DNA from: Octopus vulgaris
Taxonomy: Eukaryota
Direction of reading: 5' to 3'
DNA: 64,000 nucleotides
Assembly: GCA_951406725.2 (NCBI GenBank)
Contig: OX597835.1
Coordinates: forward strand, 42,408,001-42,472,000
Shown here: positions 38,519 through 50,918 of the stretch, one piece after another
Layout of the letters: every line of letters begins with the position of its first letter
How positions within the stretch are numbered: the stretch's first letter is position 1
Program-made: the position numbers and the translations under genes
Notes under the pieces: generated by a model
Told to the model about the DNA's origin: nothing
What the model saw: only the letters and a program-made list of their open reading frames with translations
Databases searched by the model: none

Positions 38519-39180
38519 ATGGGGTGATGAATAAATTGTCATCTAAATTACACAAAAATGGAAATAACAATGACGTCTCATTTTAACTGATATATTTACC
38601 AAAATTACATAAAAACATCCTGAAATACCAAAGAGTAAATCTATTCATTAAAATTGCAAATTGGCTTTAACCACATCATCATTACTAGTAATGATGACGC
38701 TATTCCTCCATTCATCTTACCACATGGCCTCTGACTCAACACAAAGGCATACATCAAGTGTCCAGAGGAGGTAGTGCTACCCTGGGTCAAGAGAGTGGCT
38801 GCTGAAAGACCCTATGTCTGGCAACAGGACTCTGCACAATGTCACACACGCAGGAGAACTCACTCATGGCTGTCAGGCAATTTCTGCAACCACATCACCC
38901 CTAACATCTGTCCACCTAACTCCCTAGACTGCAAATCCCTTGATTATTATGTGTGGGGCGCAGTCGAGCGAGAGACCAACAAAATTCCTTGTAACTCCAA
39001 AGATGAACTGAAGGCAAGGATTATGGTAGCATTCACCAACATGAACAAGGAGACTGTCCAAATTTACTCTTTGGTATTTCAGTTCTTATGTAATTTTGGT
39101 AAATATATCTGTTAAAATGAGATAACAGTGTTATTTTCATTTTTGTGTAATTTAGATGACAATTTATTCATTGCACCTTA
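38519..39180 (+). mobile_element. maT/DD37D derivative with about 120-bp inverted ends
   Basis: PYVWQQDSAQ, PPNSLDCKSLDYYVW; 38521-38640 is the reverse complement of 39061-39178. Confidence 0.8.
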
Positions 39181-39335
39181 GATGTGTGTGTGTGTGTATG
39201 TGTGTATGTATACATATGTGTATATATATATATATATATATAATAATAATATTAGGGAGTAAATCCAAACTTACAGGGAAAAATTAGATTTAGGATTTGC
39301 CTAATAGTGGTTTTATCTCTAATTTAATATATATG

Positions 39336-39395
<60 letters not shown>

Positions 39396-39419
39396 ATATA
39401 ATAAATAAATAAAATATAA

Positions 39420-40145
39420 GCTGGGCTACACATATAAGCAGCAAAGTTGACATGGCCCGCAGAATGTGTTCCTGGATTCTCAGAACCTTCCAGTCGAGAG
39501 ATTCCCACGCTATTATCCTTCTCTTCTCCACTTTTGCCCGACCCCACCTTGAATACTGCTGTCCACTGTGGTCTCCCTACACAAAACAAAATATTATGAG
39601 AATTGAAGCTCCCCAAAGGTCAATCACAAAAAAGATAGATGGCATGTCAGACCTTGACTACTGGGGTAGACTAGAGAAGCTGAAATTGTATTCACTCCAA
39701 CGACGCCGTGAACGCTACATTATCTGTATGATGTGGAAAATATTCCATCAGCACTGTCCGAATGATGTTGGCATCACCTTCAAAATGCATCCAAGGCTTG
39801 GACCACGTGCCATCCGTCCACAACAAAAATCTAAATCGCATCACATAACGACAATACGGCACAACTATTTCACCTCAATTGGACCCGCTCTCTTCAACAT
39901 TACACCAGGACACGTCAAAAAAGAAACTGACCACACAAAATTCAAGAAGTCTTTGGACAAATTCCTTCAAACAGTACCGGACAAACCATCCACACCCGGA
40001 TATGTCTCCGCAAACAATAACTCTCTGCTCGAATGGGCCTTGGTGCCCAAATCCTGAACTGAAAGACTTCGCCAGGTGGTGCTATTAAGTTAGACATGGC
40101 CTGGGCCAATACTGGCCAAAAACCTTTCTAAGTTATTCTAAGTTA
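39420..40145 (+). mobile_element. Young 5'-truncated CR1/L2-clade LINE (ORF 39452..40057), tail (ttctaagtta)2
   Basis: RPHLEYCCPLWSP, LDYWGRLEKLKLYSLQRRRER, FKKSLDKFL motifs; uninterrupted frame; flanked by (TA)-rich tracts. Confidence 0.9.
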
Positions 40146-40257
40146 TGCATATATACATACATATATGTACATACTTACATCTACATGTATATATACATGT
40201 ATATATATATGAGTACAGGACACCACAAATAAACATAGAACACAACAAGAAACAAAA

Positions 40258-40313
<56 letters not shown>

Positions 40314-40315
40314 AC

Positions 40316-40421
<106 letters not shown>

Positions 40422-40449
40422 GTATACATATATATATATATATATATGT

Positions 40450-40532
<83 letters not shown>

Positions 40533-41028
40533 CATACATACATATACTCGAAATGAGGAGTAGATAGACAGCCGATAACTGGTGAAGGGTCTTCTCTCTG
40601 TTTTTATTTGTCCTGTTTTCCGTTTTTTCTCTTGTTCACATATTTCACTCATTTTCCTCTCATTTGTTTACATATTTCATGTTATTTGCACCGTTGGTGA
40701 CGTCCTGTACCCATATATGCATGTAAATACACAAGATTTTCCATTCTCTCTCTTTTTATTTCCTCGTGTTACTTTCCGTTGAAGAGCGTAGGCTCGAAAT
40801 GTAAAAGGCTTTCTCACCTTCCTGAGCATCAAACTAAAACACCTGCTTGTTGTTTATACACCTGTCTTCATCTTTTGTTTTTCTGTAAATTTCAACTATA
40901 TGTATATATATTCCATGCTTTTTTTCTATGTTCTTGTTTCTCATTTGGTTAACGTTTTTTTGATGTCCTGTACCCATATATGCATGTATATACATATATA
41001 TATGTAAGCATGCACATGTATGTATATA

Positions 41029-41063
<35 letters not shown>

Positions 41064-41145
41064 CTTATATTATTATATGATCGAATCCCACGCATCCACT
41101 TCCAAGCAAGTTTTATCACTCTCCCTCCCTCTCTCTCTATCTGTA

Positions 41146-41192
<47 letters not shown>

Positions 41193-41196
<4 letters not shown>

Positions 41197-44100
41197 TCAT
41201 CATCATCATCATCATCGTTTAATGTCCGTTTTCCGCGCTAGCACGGGTTGGACGGTTCGACCGGGGTCTGGGAAACCAGGGGCTGCTCCAGGCTCCAGTC
41301 TGATCTGGCAGAGTTCCTACGGCTGGATGCCCTTCCTAACGCCAACCACTCCGCGAGTGTAGTGGGTGTTTTTTACATGCCACCTGCACAGGTGCCAGGG
41401 GGGGTCCGGCATCGGTCACGATCGGTAGGTGCTTTTAACGTGCCAGCGGAACGGAAGCCAGCCAAGGCGGCGCTGGCAACGTTCGGATGGTCTTTTTATG
41501 TCCCACCGGCACAGGAGCCAGTCGGGGCGGTGCTGGCATTGGCCACGTTCGGATGGTGCTTTTTTTGTGCCACCGGCACAGAAGCCAGTCGGGGCGGCGC
41601 TGGCATCGGCCACGTTCGGATAGTGCTTTTTATGTGCCACCGGCGCACAGGAGCCAGTCGGGGCGGATTTGGCATCGCCCACGTTCAGATGGTGCTTTTT
41701 ATGTGCCACCGGCACAGAAGCCAGTGAGGGCGGCGCTGGCATCGGCCACGTTTGGATAGTGCTTTTTATGTGCCACCGGCACAGGCATCACAACTACTAT
41801 TTCCATTGATATTTATTTCGACGTTCATGTTCATGTACTTGACTCAACAGGTCTCCTCAAGCACAGCGGGACGTTCGGGGATCCGGGGTACTTTGAATGG
41901 GCAGGGGCTATGCGGAACTGATGCAGCCCGGGTCTTTGCAGTCACAGCATATCTCCAGAGATCTCGGTCCTTCGCCATTGCCTCAGTGCGGCCCAACGCT
42001 CTGAGGTCATGCTTGACTACCTCATCCCATGTCTTCCTGGGTCTACCTCTCCCCCTGATACCTTCAACTATTTGGGAGTGGCACTTCTTCACACATCTCT
42101 CCTCATCCATCCACAGCACATGACCATACCATCGCAAGCGTCGCTCTTGCACACCACATCTGATGCTTCTTATATCCAGCATTTCTCTCAGGGTGCTTAC
42201 ACTCTGTCGTGCGTGCACACTGACATTACACATCCAGCGGATCATGCTAGCTTCATTTCTTTCAAGTCTACGCATGTCCTCTGCAGTCACAGCCCATGTT
42301 TCACTACCATGAAGCGTGGCAGTTCGCACACATGCATCATACAATCTACCTTTCGCTCTGAGGGAGAGACCCTTTGTCGCCAGTAGGGGTAGGAGCTTTC
42401 TGAACTTTGCCCAGGCTATTCGTATTCTAGTGGTGATACTCTCTGTGCATCCACCTCCACTACTAACTTGGTCACCCAGGTAGCGGAAACTATCAACTAC
42501 TTCTAGTTTCTCTCCCTGGAGTGTGATGGAATCTGTTTTCTGAGTGTCTGTGGTGTCTATTGTCCCTGTGCATCTGCCGCACATGAAAGCTATCTTATCT
42601 GTTAATTTCCCTTTAATGTTGCTGCACCTCTTGTGCATCCATAGCTTACATTGGGTGCATCTTATGGAGTTTCTACCTACACCTTTCCTACAGATCGAGC
42701 AGGGCCACCTGCCCGAGGGTGTGTGTGCTGAGTTCGCCTTTCTGCTTACTATAACTTTGGTCTTTGCTACATTTACTCTAAGGCCCTTTGATTCTAACCC
42801 TTGCTTCCACACCCGAAATTTCTTTTCTAGTTCCGGTAGTGATTCTGCTATGAGAGCCAGGTCATCAGCATAGAGGAGCTCCCAGGGGCATCCTGTTTTG
42901 AATTCCTCTGTTATTGCCTGGAGGACTATGATGAATAAAAGGGGACTGGGGGCTGAGCCTTGGTGCACACTTACTTCTACCCGGAATTCTTCACTATATT
43001 CGTTGCCAATCCTAACCTTGCTGACAGCCTCTCTGTATAGATCCTGTACAGCCCTTATTAGCCATTCGTCAATCTCCAGTTTCCGCATCGACCACCAGAT
43101 AAGGGAACGGGGAACCCTGTCAAAGGCTTTCTCCAAGTCCACAAAAGCTATGTAGAGGGGTTTATCTTTAGCTAGGTACTTCTCCTGCAGTTGTCGGACC
43201 AGGAATATAGCATCGGTGGTGCTTCTACCCGGCACAAAACCGAACTGCATTTCATCTAAGCAAATTCTCTCCCTAATGAGATGGGTTATGACCCTCTGTG
43301 TGATCTTCATCACCTGATCCAACAGTTTGATACCCCTGTAGTTATTTCTATCTAGAGCATCACCCTTACCCTTGTAGCAGTTGACTATGGTGCTGCTACG
43401 CCAGTCATTGGGTATGACTCCATTATGAACTACCTGGTTTACAATGTGGGTGACTAGGCCATAGCCCACATAGCCAGCTGTTTTAAGCATCTCAGCAGTG
43501 ATTCCTGATGGGCCGGGGGCTTTACCTGGTTTCATATCCTTAATTGCCTTAACTACAAGGGAGCTCTCTATTCGGGTAGCTGGTCCCTCCACTGGGTCAA
43601 CATTTGGCAGGCTCTCCTCCTCCCATTTATTCTCCTCATTCAGCAGTCTTTCATAATGGCTTCTCCAAGCCTCTTTCTTTTCACTAACAGTAAAAGCAAG
43701 TGCCCCATCATCCATGCGGACACATTTCTCTCCTATAACATCACTATTTTCTCTGACACACTGTCTGGCAATCTGAAATACCTCAGCTCTTTGGTCCTCA
43801 CGTCGCTGGACATTGGCAAACTTCTTTTCTGCTACATCTTTGGCTATGTATACCTGCCGCCCAGCCTCCCTTTTGGCTACCTGGTACAGTTCTCCGCTGC
43901 CCCCATCCCTCCAGGCTTTCCAGGCCCGTCTCTTTGCACTAATGGCTTTGTCTACTGCACTATTCCACCACCACGTAATTCTAGGTCTGGAAGGGACTTT
44001 GCACCATCCACAGACTCGGTCTGTGGCACTCAGCAAGCTGTCCCGTAGGAATTCCCAGCTACCTTCTATGTCCGACGTCTGAAGCTCCTCCTTCCTCTCA

Positions 44101-44255
44101 TCAAATTTCTTGATGAGTATGTCCCTAAATCTCTGACCATGTGAAGGGTTCTTTAGCTTCCAAATCCTTCTTTTCTGGATTGGTTTGTTTCTTGGAGTCC
44201 CTCTGGCCTCAAGCCCAAAGTCACTGATGATTAGTCTATGCTGAGGGATACATTC
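41193..44255 (-). mobile_element. Young 5'-truncated RTE-clade LINE
   Basis: (ATC)n tail at 41193-41216, 3' UTR minisatellite, RT ORF, last APE motif (ECIPQHRL) at the truncation point; (TA)n on both flanks. Confidence 0.97.
41844..44255 (-). CDS. RTE reverse transcriptase (5'-partial; ORF track 41844..44036, frame open up to 44255)
   Basis: KAPGPSGI, NYRGIKLL, QFGFVPGRSTTDAIF, FVDLEKAFDRV, HQGS..SPLLF, LYADD, FRYLG; Cys/His-rich finger insertion; endonuclease missing. Confidence 0.92.
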   Translation of the reverse strand, partial: ECIPQHRLIISDFGLEARGTPRNKPIQKRRIWKLKNPSHGQRFRDILIKKFDERKEELQTSDIEGSWEFLRDSLLSATDRVCGWCKVPSRPRITWWWNSAVDKAISAKRRAWKAWRDGGSGELYQVAKREAGRQVYIAKDVAEKKFANVQRREDQRAEVFQIARQCVRENSDVIGEKCVRMDDGALAFTVSEKKEAWRSHYERLLNEENKWEEESLPNVDPVEGPATRIESSLVVKAIKDMKPGKAPGPSGITAEMLKTAGYVGYGLVTHIVNQVVHNGVIPNDWRSSTIVNCYKGKGDALDRNNYRGIKLLDQVMKITQRVITHLIRERICLDEMQFGFVPGRSTTDAIFLVRQLQEKYLAKDKPLYIAFVDLEKAFDRVPRSLIWWSMRKLEIDEWLIRAVQDLYREAVSKVRIGNEYSEEFRVEVSVHQGSAPSPLLFIIVLQAITEEFKTGCPWELLYADDLALIAESLPELEKKFRVWKQGLESKGLRVNVAKTKVIVSRKANSAHTPSGRWPCSICRKGVGRNSIRCTQCKLWMHKRCSNIKGKLTDKIAFMCGRCTGTIDTTDTQKTDSITLQGEKLEVVDSFRYLGDQVSSGGGCTESITTRIRIAWAKFRKLLPLLATKGLSLRAKGRLYDACVRTATLHGSETWAVTAEDMRRLERNEASMIRWMCNVSVHARQSVSTLREMLDIRSIRCGVQERRLRWYGHVLWMDEERCVKKCHSQIVEGIRGRGRPRKTWDEVVKHDLRALGRTEAMAKDRDLWRYAVTAKTRAASVPHSPCPFKVPRIPERPAVLEETC

Positions 44256-44326
44256 AGCATAGACTAATCATCAGTGACTTTAAGCTTGAGGCCAGAAGGA
44301 CTCCAAGAAACAAACCAATCCAGAAA
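44172..44326. repeat. Foldback inverted repeat at the RTE 5' end (73-bp arms, 9-nt loop, 3 mismatches)
   Basis: 44172-44244 is the reverse complement of 44254-44326 except at 44201/44297, 44215/44283 and 44216/44282. Confidence 0.97.
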
Positions 44327-44338
44327 TATATATATATT

Positions 44339-44383
<45 letters not shown>

Positions 44384-44400
44384 ATATGTATGTATGTATG

Positions 44401-44453
<53 letters not shown>

Positions 44454-44454
44454 A

Positions 44455-44820
44455 CATAAGTAAGCACATTAATGCAAAACAAAGTAGAAAAAATAGTACT
44501 TGAATACCAAATGTAGAGCAATGTACTTTTATTAACCCTTTAGCATTTGAACTGGCCCTGCCAAAATAGTCTGCCTGTTTCATCTTCAGATCAGACAGAT
44601 CCGGCCTCTCACACCTACCCTACAATGCTATTTTAAAAATAAACAACCACATAATTGAAATCTCAATGCTATGAGATAATACATGATTAATTCAAAACAT
44701 TGGGAATAAACAAGGATTACATTTGACAGAGTAATCATAATGCTCAAGGGTTAAAGCTCCAAAATGATCACAAAACTGTTACTCAGAGTTTCATGCTCTT
44801 ATTTGTCAGAGAGTCATGAT
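44455..44820 (-). mobile_element. Short PLE-related repeat with a decayed hammerhead motif (44775-44814), interrupted by a piggyBac MITE
   Basis: Minus strand reads actct-CTGACAA-ataagagcat-GAAAC-tctga-GTA|acagt; homologous to 46657-46764. Confidence 0.6.
44536..44750. mobile_element. piggyBac-type MITE
   Basis: TTAA-ccctttagcatt ... aatgctcaaggg-TTAA. Confidence 0.85.
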
Positions 44821-45689
44821 GAAAACTAAATTCCAAGTTAAGGAGCTTGTTTTGCAATCATGTGATTTTGAGTTCAATTCCCCTGCACAGCATCCTGGGC
44901 AAGAGTCTCCTTTTGTGATAGCACAACGTTAATAATAATGGCTTCTAATTTTAGCCCAGGAGCAGCAGTTTTTCAGGAACAGGTGAAAGCAATTGCATTG
45001 ACCTCTCAGCGCTTGACTGGTTCTTGGTGTATCCCTGGAAGAATGATTAGCAAAGTCAACTTTGGTGGAATTTGAACTCAGAACATAAAGACAGACGGAA
45101 GTGCTGCTTAGCATTTCATCTGGTGTGCTAACAATTCTGCCAGCTTGCCTCCTTGACCACCTACATAATGGCTTCAAATTTTGGCACAAGGTCAGCAACT
45201 TTTCTTGCAGGGAACCGATGACCTCAATGTTCAACTGGTATTTATTTTATTGACCCCGAAAAGATGAAAGGCAAAGTCAACCTTGGTGGAATTTGAACTC
45301 AGAACATAGACAGACAAAATGCTTAGCAGCATTTCATCTGGTGTGCTAATGATACTGCCAGCTTGCCTCCTTGACCAGCTACAAAATGAAACCAAAAGCA
45401 TATTGAGTCTCCAGAGGTAACACCACATTGGTATTATGAGATTAGTTTCCGTTTTCTGTGCCCCGAGTTCAAATCCCAGCCAGGGCAAATTCATTTTAAA
45501 TCTTTTTAAGAAGTAAAATACAAGCAGAATAACTGGGGTTGCTTCTACTTCTTTCTCTTAGAAAGAAATGTGCTGTCGTGTCAAACGGTGGATTTGAACA
45601 TGGAACCTCATGATTCAGAAGCAAAACTCTTTACCCATTTGGTCACGCTTGCAGTTATTTTTTTCTCCCTCCCTCTTTAAGTGTCTGTC

Positions 45690-46575
45690 GCTTGCACTAG
45701 GTTTACCATATGGAGCTTCTACTAACACTTTTTCTACATATCACGCAGGGCCATCACCCTGAAGGGATCAGTGATTTGTCTGTATTCTTACTTATTAAGA
45801 CTTTGGCCTTTGCTAAATTGACCCTTTGATTCTAGACCTTGTTTCCACAACTGAAATTTCTTCCCTATTCTGGTAATGATCCAACTATGAGAACAAAGTC
45901 ATCAGTATAGAGGAGCTCCCAAGGGCAGCCAGTCTTAACATTCCTCTGTTATAGCCTGGGGGACTATGATAAACACGAGGAGACTGAGAACTGATCCTTG
46001 GTGAACTCCTACTTGTATACTAAATTCCTTGCTATATTCATTGCCGACTGCCACTTTACTGATAATATCCCTGTACATGACTTGTACAACTTTCCCCAAT
46101 CACTCAATCAATTTCAAGTTTCTGAATTGACCACCAGAGGAGGAAATGTGAATCTTGTCAAAGACTTTCTACAAGTGAACATAAGCTAAGAACAGAGGTT
46201 TATTCTTGGTTAAATGCTTCTCTTGCAGCTGCCTTACCAGGAAGATGGCATCAGTGGTGCTTTTCCCTGGCACAAAATCAAATTGCATCTCATCCTGGCT
46301 AACTCTCTTTCTAATTAGTTAAGCTATAATCTTCTCTGCAACTTTCATCACCTGGTCCAACAATTTGATACCTCTGTAATTATTTCTGTCTAAGTTGTCA
46401 CCTTTACCTCTGTAACAGTTGATGAACTATCCAGGTGATTAGGCCATACCCTACTCCACCAGATATTCTGAGCATCTCAGTGGTGATTCCTGATGGGCCA
46501 GGGGTTTTCCCTCTCTTCATATCCTAATTGCTTTATCTACTGAGCTACTGTCGATTCAGATACCCAGCCCCTCTG
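45690..46575 (-). mobile_element. Old RTE RT fragment
   Basis: Homologous to 42700-43600 (GPSGITTEML, NYRGIKLL, GCPWELLYTDD) with many lesions. Confidence 0.85.
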
Positions 46576-46625
46576 TTGGGCCCACATAATATATATATAA
46601 TATGGATGTCCATAATATACATGAA

Positions 46626-46656
<31 letters not shown>

Positions 46657-46869
46657 CGGAGTAAACACATAAATGTGAAACAAGGTGGAAAGAAAGAGTA
46701 CTCAAATACCAGTGGTAGAGTAATATGCTTTATTTAAAGCAGCAGAAAATTCAACAAAACCTGTTATATATATATATATATATATCATCATCATCATCAT
46801 CGTCGTTTAGCGTCCGTTTTCCATGCTAGCATGGGTTGGACGGTATATATATATTATATATATATATGT

Positions 46870-46955
<86 letters not shown>

Positions 46956-46987
46956 TATTTATATATATATATATTATATATATAATC

Positions 46988-47035
<48 letters not shown>

Positions 47036-47041
47036 TCAGCA

Positions 47042-47072
<31 letters not shown>

Positions 47073-47299
47073 AGGACAGACAGACAGACATGCAGTCAGA
47101 CAGGCAGGCAGATTAGATTAGGTTAAGGAAGAGTGAAACCAAGCCGAGCAACATGTAAAGTGTGTATGTGCATCATACTGTAATTATTTTGCACAGAAAG
47201 ACAAAATTGCATGAACAAAACAAGATGGCAGCAGTTAAACAGCTTCATCTGATCCATGTGGAGAGGAGATGCACTACGTTCTCCTTCCTCTTCATCTCG

Positions 47300-47498
47300 C
47301 TCGTTCCATGTCTCTCTCTCTCTCCTGCTCTCCATCTCTCTCCATCTCTCTCTCTCTCACACACACACACACATGTATGCCTTCCTTCTTTTGTCCAAAC
47401 CTTTCAATCTCCCCCTCTCCCTCTCATATCAATATACACACTCTTCTTCCTTTCTCTGCATCTCTTTCTCTCTGTGTGACCCTGTCTCTCTCTCTCCT

Positions 47499-47533
<35 letters not shown>

Positions 47534-47870
47534 TCAATCTATCTCTTCTTGCAAGGTCTCCCTTCTCCACTCTTCTCTTCATCACTCCATCTCTCTCTTT
47601 ATTTCTCTCTATGTTACACTCTTCTTTTTCACTGTCTCTCTCTCTCTCGCTCTTTTAGCCATCTCATTCTCTCTTCCCCCACTTCTTTCTCTCTCTCTCT
47701 CATTCCTCATCTCTCTCTTTCTCTCTCCAAACAAAGCTTCTTATTTCAGCATCCCCATCTCCTTCCTCTTCCTCCTTTCTCCATTAGCTTTCTCTCCCTC
47801 TTCGTCTCTTCTCCCCCGACTCTCCTTTCTCTCCCTCTTCATCTCTTCTCCCCTCCCCCCCTCTCTCACA
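47300..47870. repeat. Polypyrimidine (CT)n-rich tract
   Basis: Directly visible. Confidence 0.9.
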
Positions 47871-48280
47871 TGCACCACAACCATCAGACTGCCAGTAGTT
47901 TAAAGGATGAAGAGGATTATTATAATAATCAATAAAATCTAAGTTCATTTACATTATTAATGTTTGCTACTTTACTACAGTGTGGACAAGTCCATTTTCA
48001 TCAGTGAGGGGTGCTGTGGCTACTATAAAAATGACTGACTATCAGCAAACAAGTGTGTGTATGTGTGTGTGTATATACACACACACACACACACATACAT
48101 AGGTACATAAATTTATACATACATTCATACAAAATTATGTTACAAATGGGTTTACAATGTATATATACTATGTATATATATACTATATATATATTATGTA
48201 TATATACTATGTATATATACTATGTATATATATACTATGTATTTATATATATGCATGTGTACATATAAGTGTGTGTGTGC

Positions 48281-48317
<37 letters not shown>

Positions 48318-48410
48318 CATATACGCACACATATATATTTACCTGTAATCGGAACAAATTTGCAATAAAGAGAAACAAACAGGTGTCTTGTTCAGTGGAC
48401 AGAAGGAAAG

Positions 48411-48473
<63 letters not shown>

Positions 48474-48529
48474 GGGGGATAGAGATAGATAGATAGATAG
48501 ATAAATAGATAGAAAAGGAAAGAGAGAGA

Positions 48530-48922
48530 AAGGAAGAAAATGGAAAATAATGTCCCCAGATTTAATTCACAAGTGATGGCAGCAATGGGAAATTGTGTCG
48601 CAGACTGTCTTTTACTGTGCAGTGGAATTTAGCTAGAATTTTTTCCTCCTCCCCACATCCCACAGCAAGCTGTCATCCCTTCGCTGCACACGAAATCGAC
48701 TCGCTTGGAAGCTGCTGTTTTCCCAACATGCAAAGTTATCCATAGATAACTTCAATACTAAGATTCGGCTATGGAAGCCTGCTAACTGTTTCTGCTATTT
48801 CGAATATGTTCTTACCATGGTTTTAGACTCAAATTCCTGACTGGAAACTTCTTCGCCGTTATATATATATATATATTTTTCACTTTATTATTGGGATTAA
48901 TCTGGTGTTCACAAGCTGCAAG
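48530..48922 (+). other. Candidate first exon of an unidentified host gene
   Basis: Unique, CpG-retaining island after a (GA)n tract, ending in a strong donor AAG|gtaaga at 48922/48923. Confidence 0.4.
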
Positions 48923-49209
48923 GTAAGATTTATTTGAAAAGGGACCGACAATGCAATAAAAAATTAAATTAATAATACTAATAATAATACTAATAATAAT
49001 TATAACAGTAATAATAATAATAATAATAATAATGATGATGATAATGATAATGATAATGACATAAATGGTAATATTTATGATAATATTGAAAAAGAAAATA
49101 TGGGTTATAATAAAAACTAATGGTTAATTCTAGATGTGACAAAGAAATTGATCATGACCAATCACATATATATCGATACTGATTATATTTTTGATTTCTG
49201 TCACCTTTG

Positions 49210-49292
<83 letters not shown>

Positions 49293-49326
49293 CATATTTA
49301 TATATATACATATATATGTAAATGTG

Positions 49327-49357
<31 letters not shown>

Positions 49358-50253
49358 ATATACATATACATATACACGTATATGTGCATATACAAATATA
49401 AATATAAATATATATATTATATATTATGTATATATACATATATATGCATATATATAAATATGCATATATATGTATAAGTATATATATATGTGTGTGGGCT
49501 GTATATATACATATACATATGTATGTATATATATATATGTATATATATATATCAACATATTTCGGCTTGTTTGCCTCCTTCAATATATTTCATTCGCTCT
49601 CCTTCATCTTGCATCTACCACCACCATTATTTAAAACCATTCTTCATGCTTTTCCTTACTCTCCCTCCCCCTCACACACTCTGTCTGTCTGTCTGTCTCT
49701 CCCTCTGTCTTTTCTGTCATTTTCTCTCCCTCTCTTGCTCTTGCTCTCCGCCATCTTCCTCATGTAATAATATGTCAAAAAGATCCCCCACAGAATGTCA
49801 TTGCTATCGTTACAATTATATAATACAGGAATTATTCTGATACGGAAAAACCACCATTAAAAAGATTCGACATTTTGACATTCGCTTTTAGTCCAGAATC
49901 TGAAACCAATTTGAAAAACCTTCAGATAAATCCAGATATAATATTATATGTAGATTCACAGCAATATATATCTACGCATATATGGATATATATATATATA
50001 CATACATACATATATATGTATATATTCGTGTCTGTTGCGTTTACATTCTTTCCTTCGACCAAGAAATCTAATGCCCACAGCTTAGTTTTTTTCCTTGGGG
50101 CTGGCCGAGTTGGAGCAAATATCAGAATTAAACAGCCGAAATTTGCCATGATGATTCGGTTTCTGACTGAAGATTGAAGGCTTCGAATGACTTGTCTGTT
50201 TTCCGTGTTCGGCCCTTCGTGTATTTCACGTTCTTCATATATAAATTTTTATT

Positions 50254-50295
<42 letters not shown>

Positions 50296-50721
50296 TACGC
50301 ACACACACACACACACACACACAAACATATATATACACACGGGCACAAATGTATAGATGCATGTATATATATGTATGTACATCAATGCATGTGTATGTGT
50401 GTGTGTATAAGTCAGTATGTATGTATGTAGGTATATATATATGTGTGTGAGAATCTATATATATATATATATCCAGATCTCTTCAGTATGTTTCTTTCTT
50501 ATGTCTAAATGTGTGTATATGCAAATGAGTTCTTGCAAAGGTGTATATGCAAGTGTACTGAGATATAATTAAACTAATGCACTCATATATAAGCACATAC
50601 ACATGCCTGTGCATGCACACATGTGTATGTGTGTGTGTGTGTGTGTGAGTGTGCGTGTGTGTGTGTGTGTGTGTATGTATATATATATATATATAAAAAT
50701 ATATATATATATACACACATA

Positions 50722-50868
<147 letters not shown>

Positions 50869-50886
50869 TTACATATACATTTACAT

Positions 50887-50918
<32 letters not shown>

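Noticed and set aside
50160-50205. Possible hammerhead (CTGAAGA...GAAT...GTC)
   Set aside because: The GAAA box is mutated and stem I does not pair.
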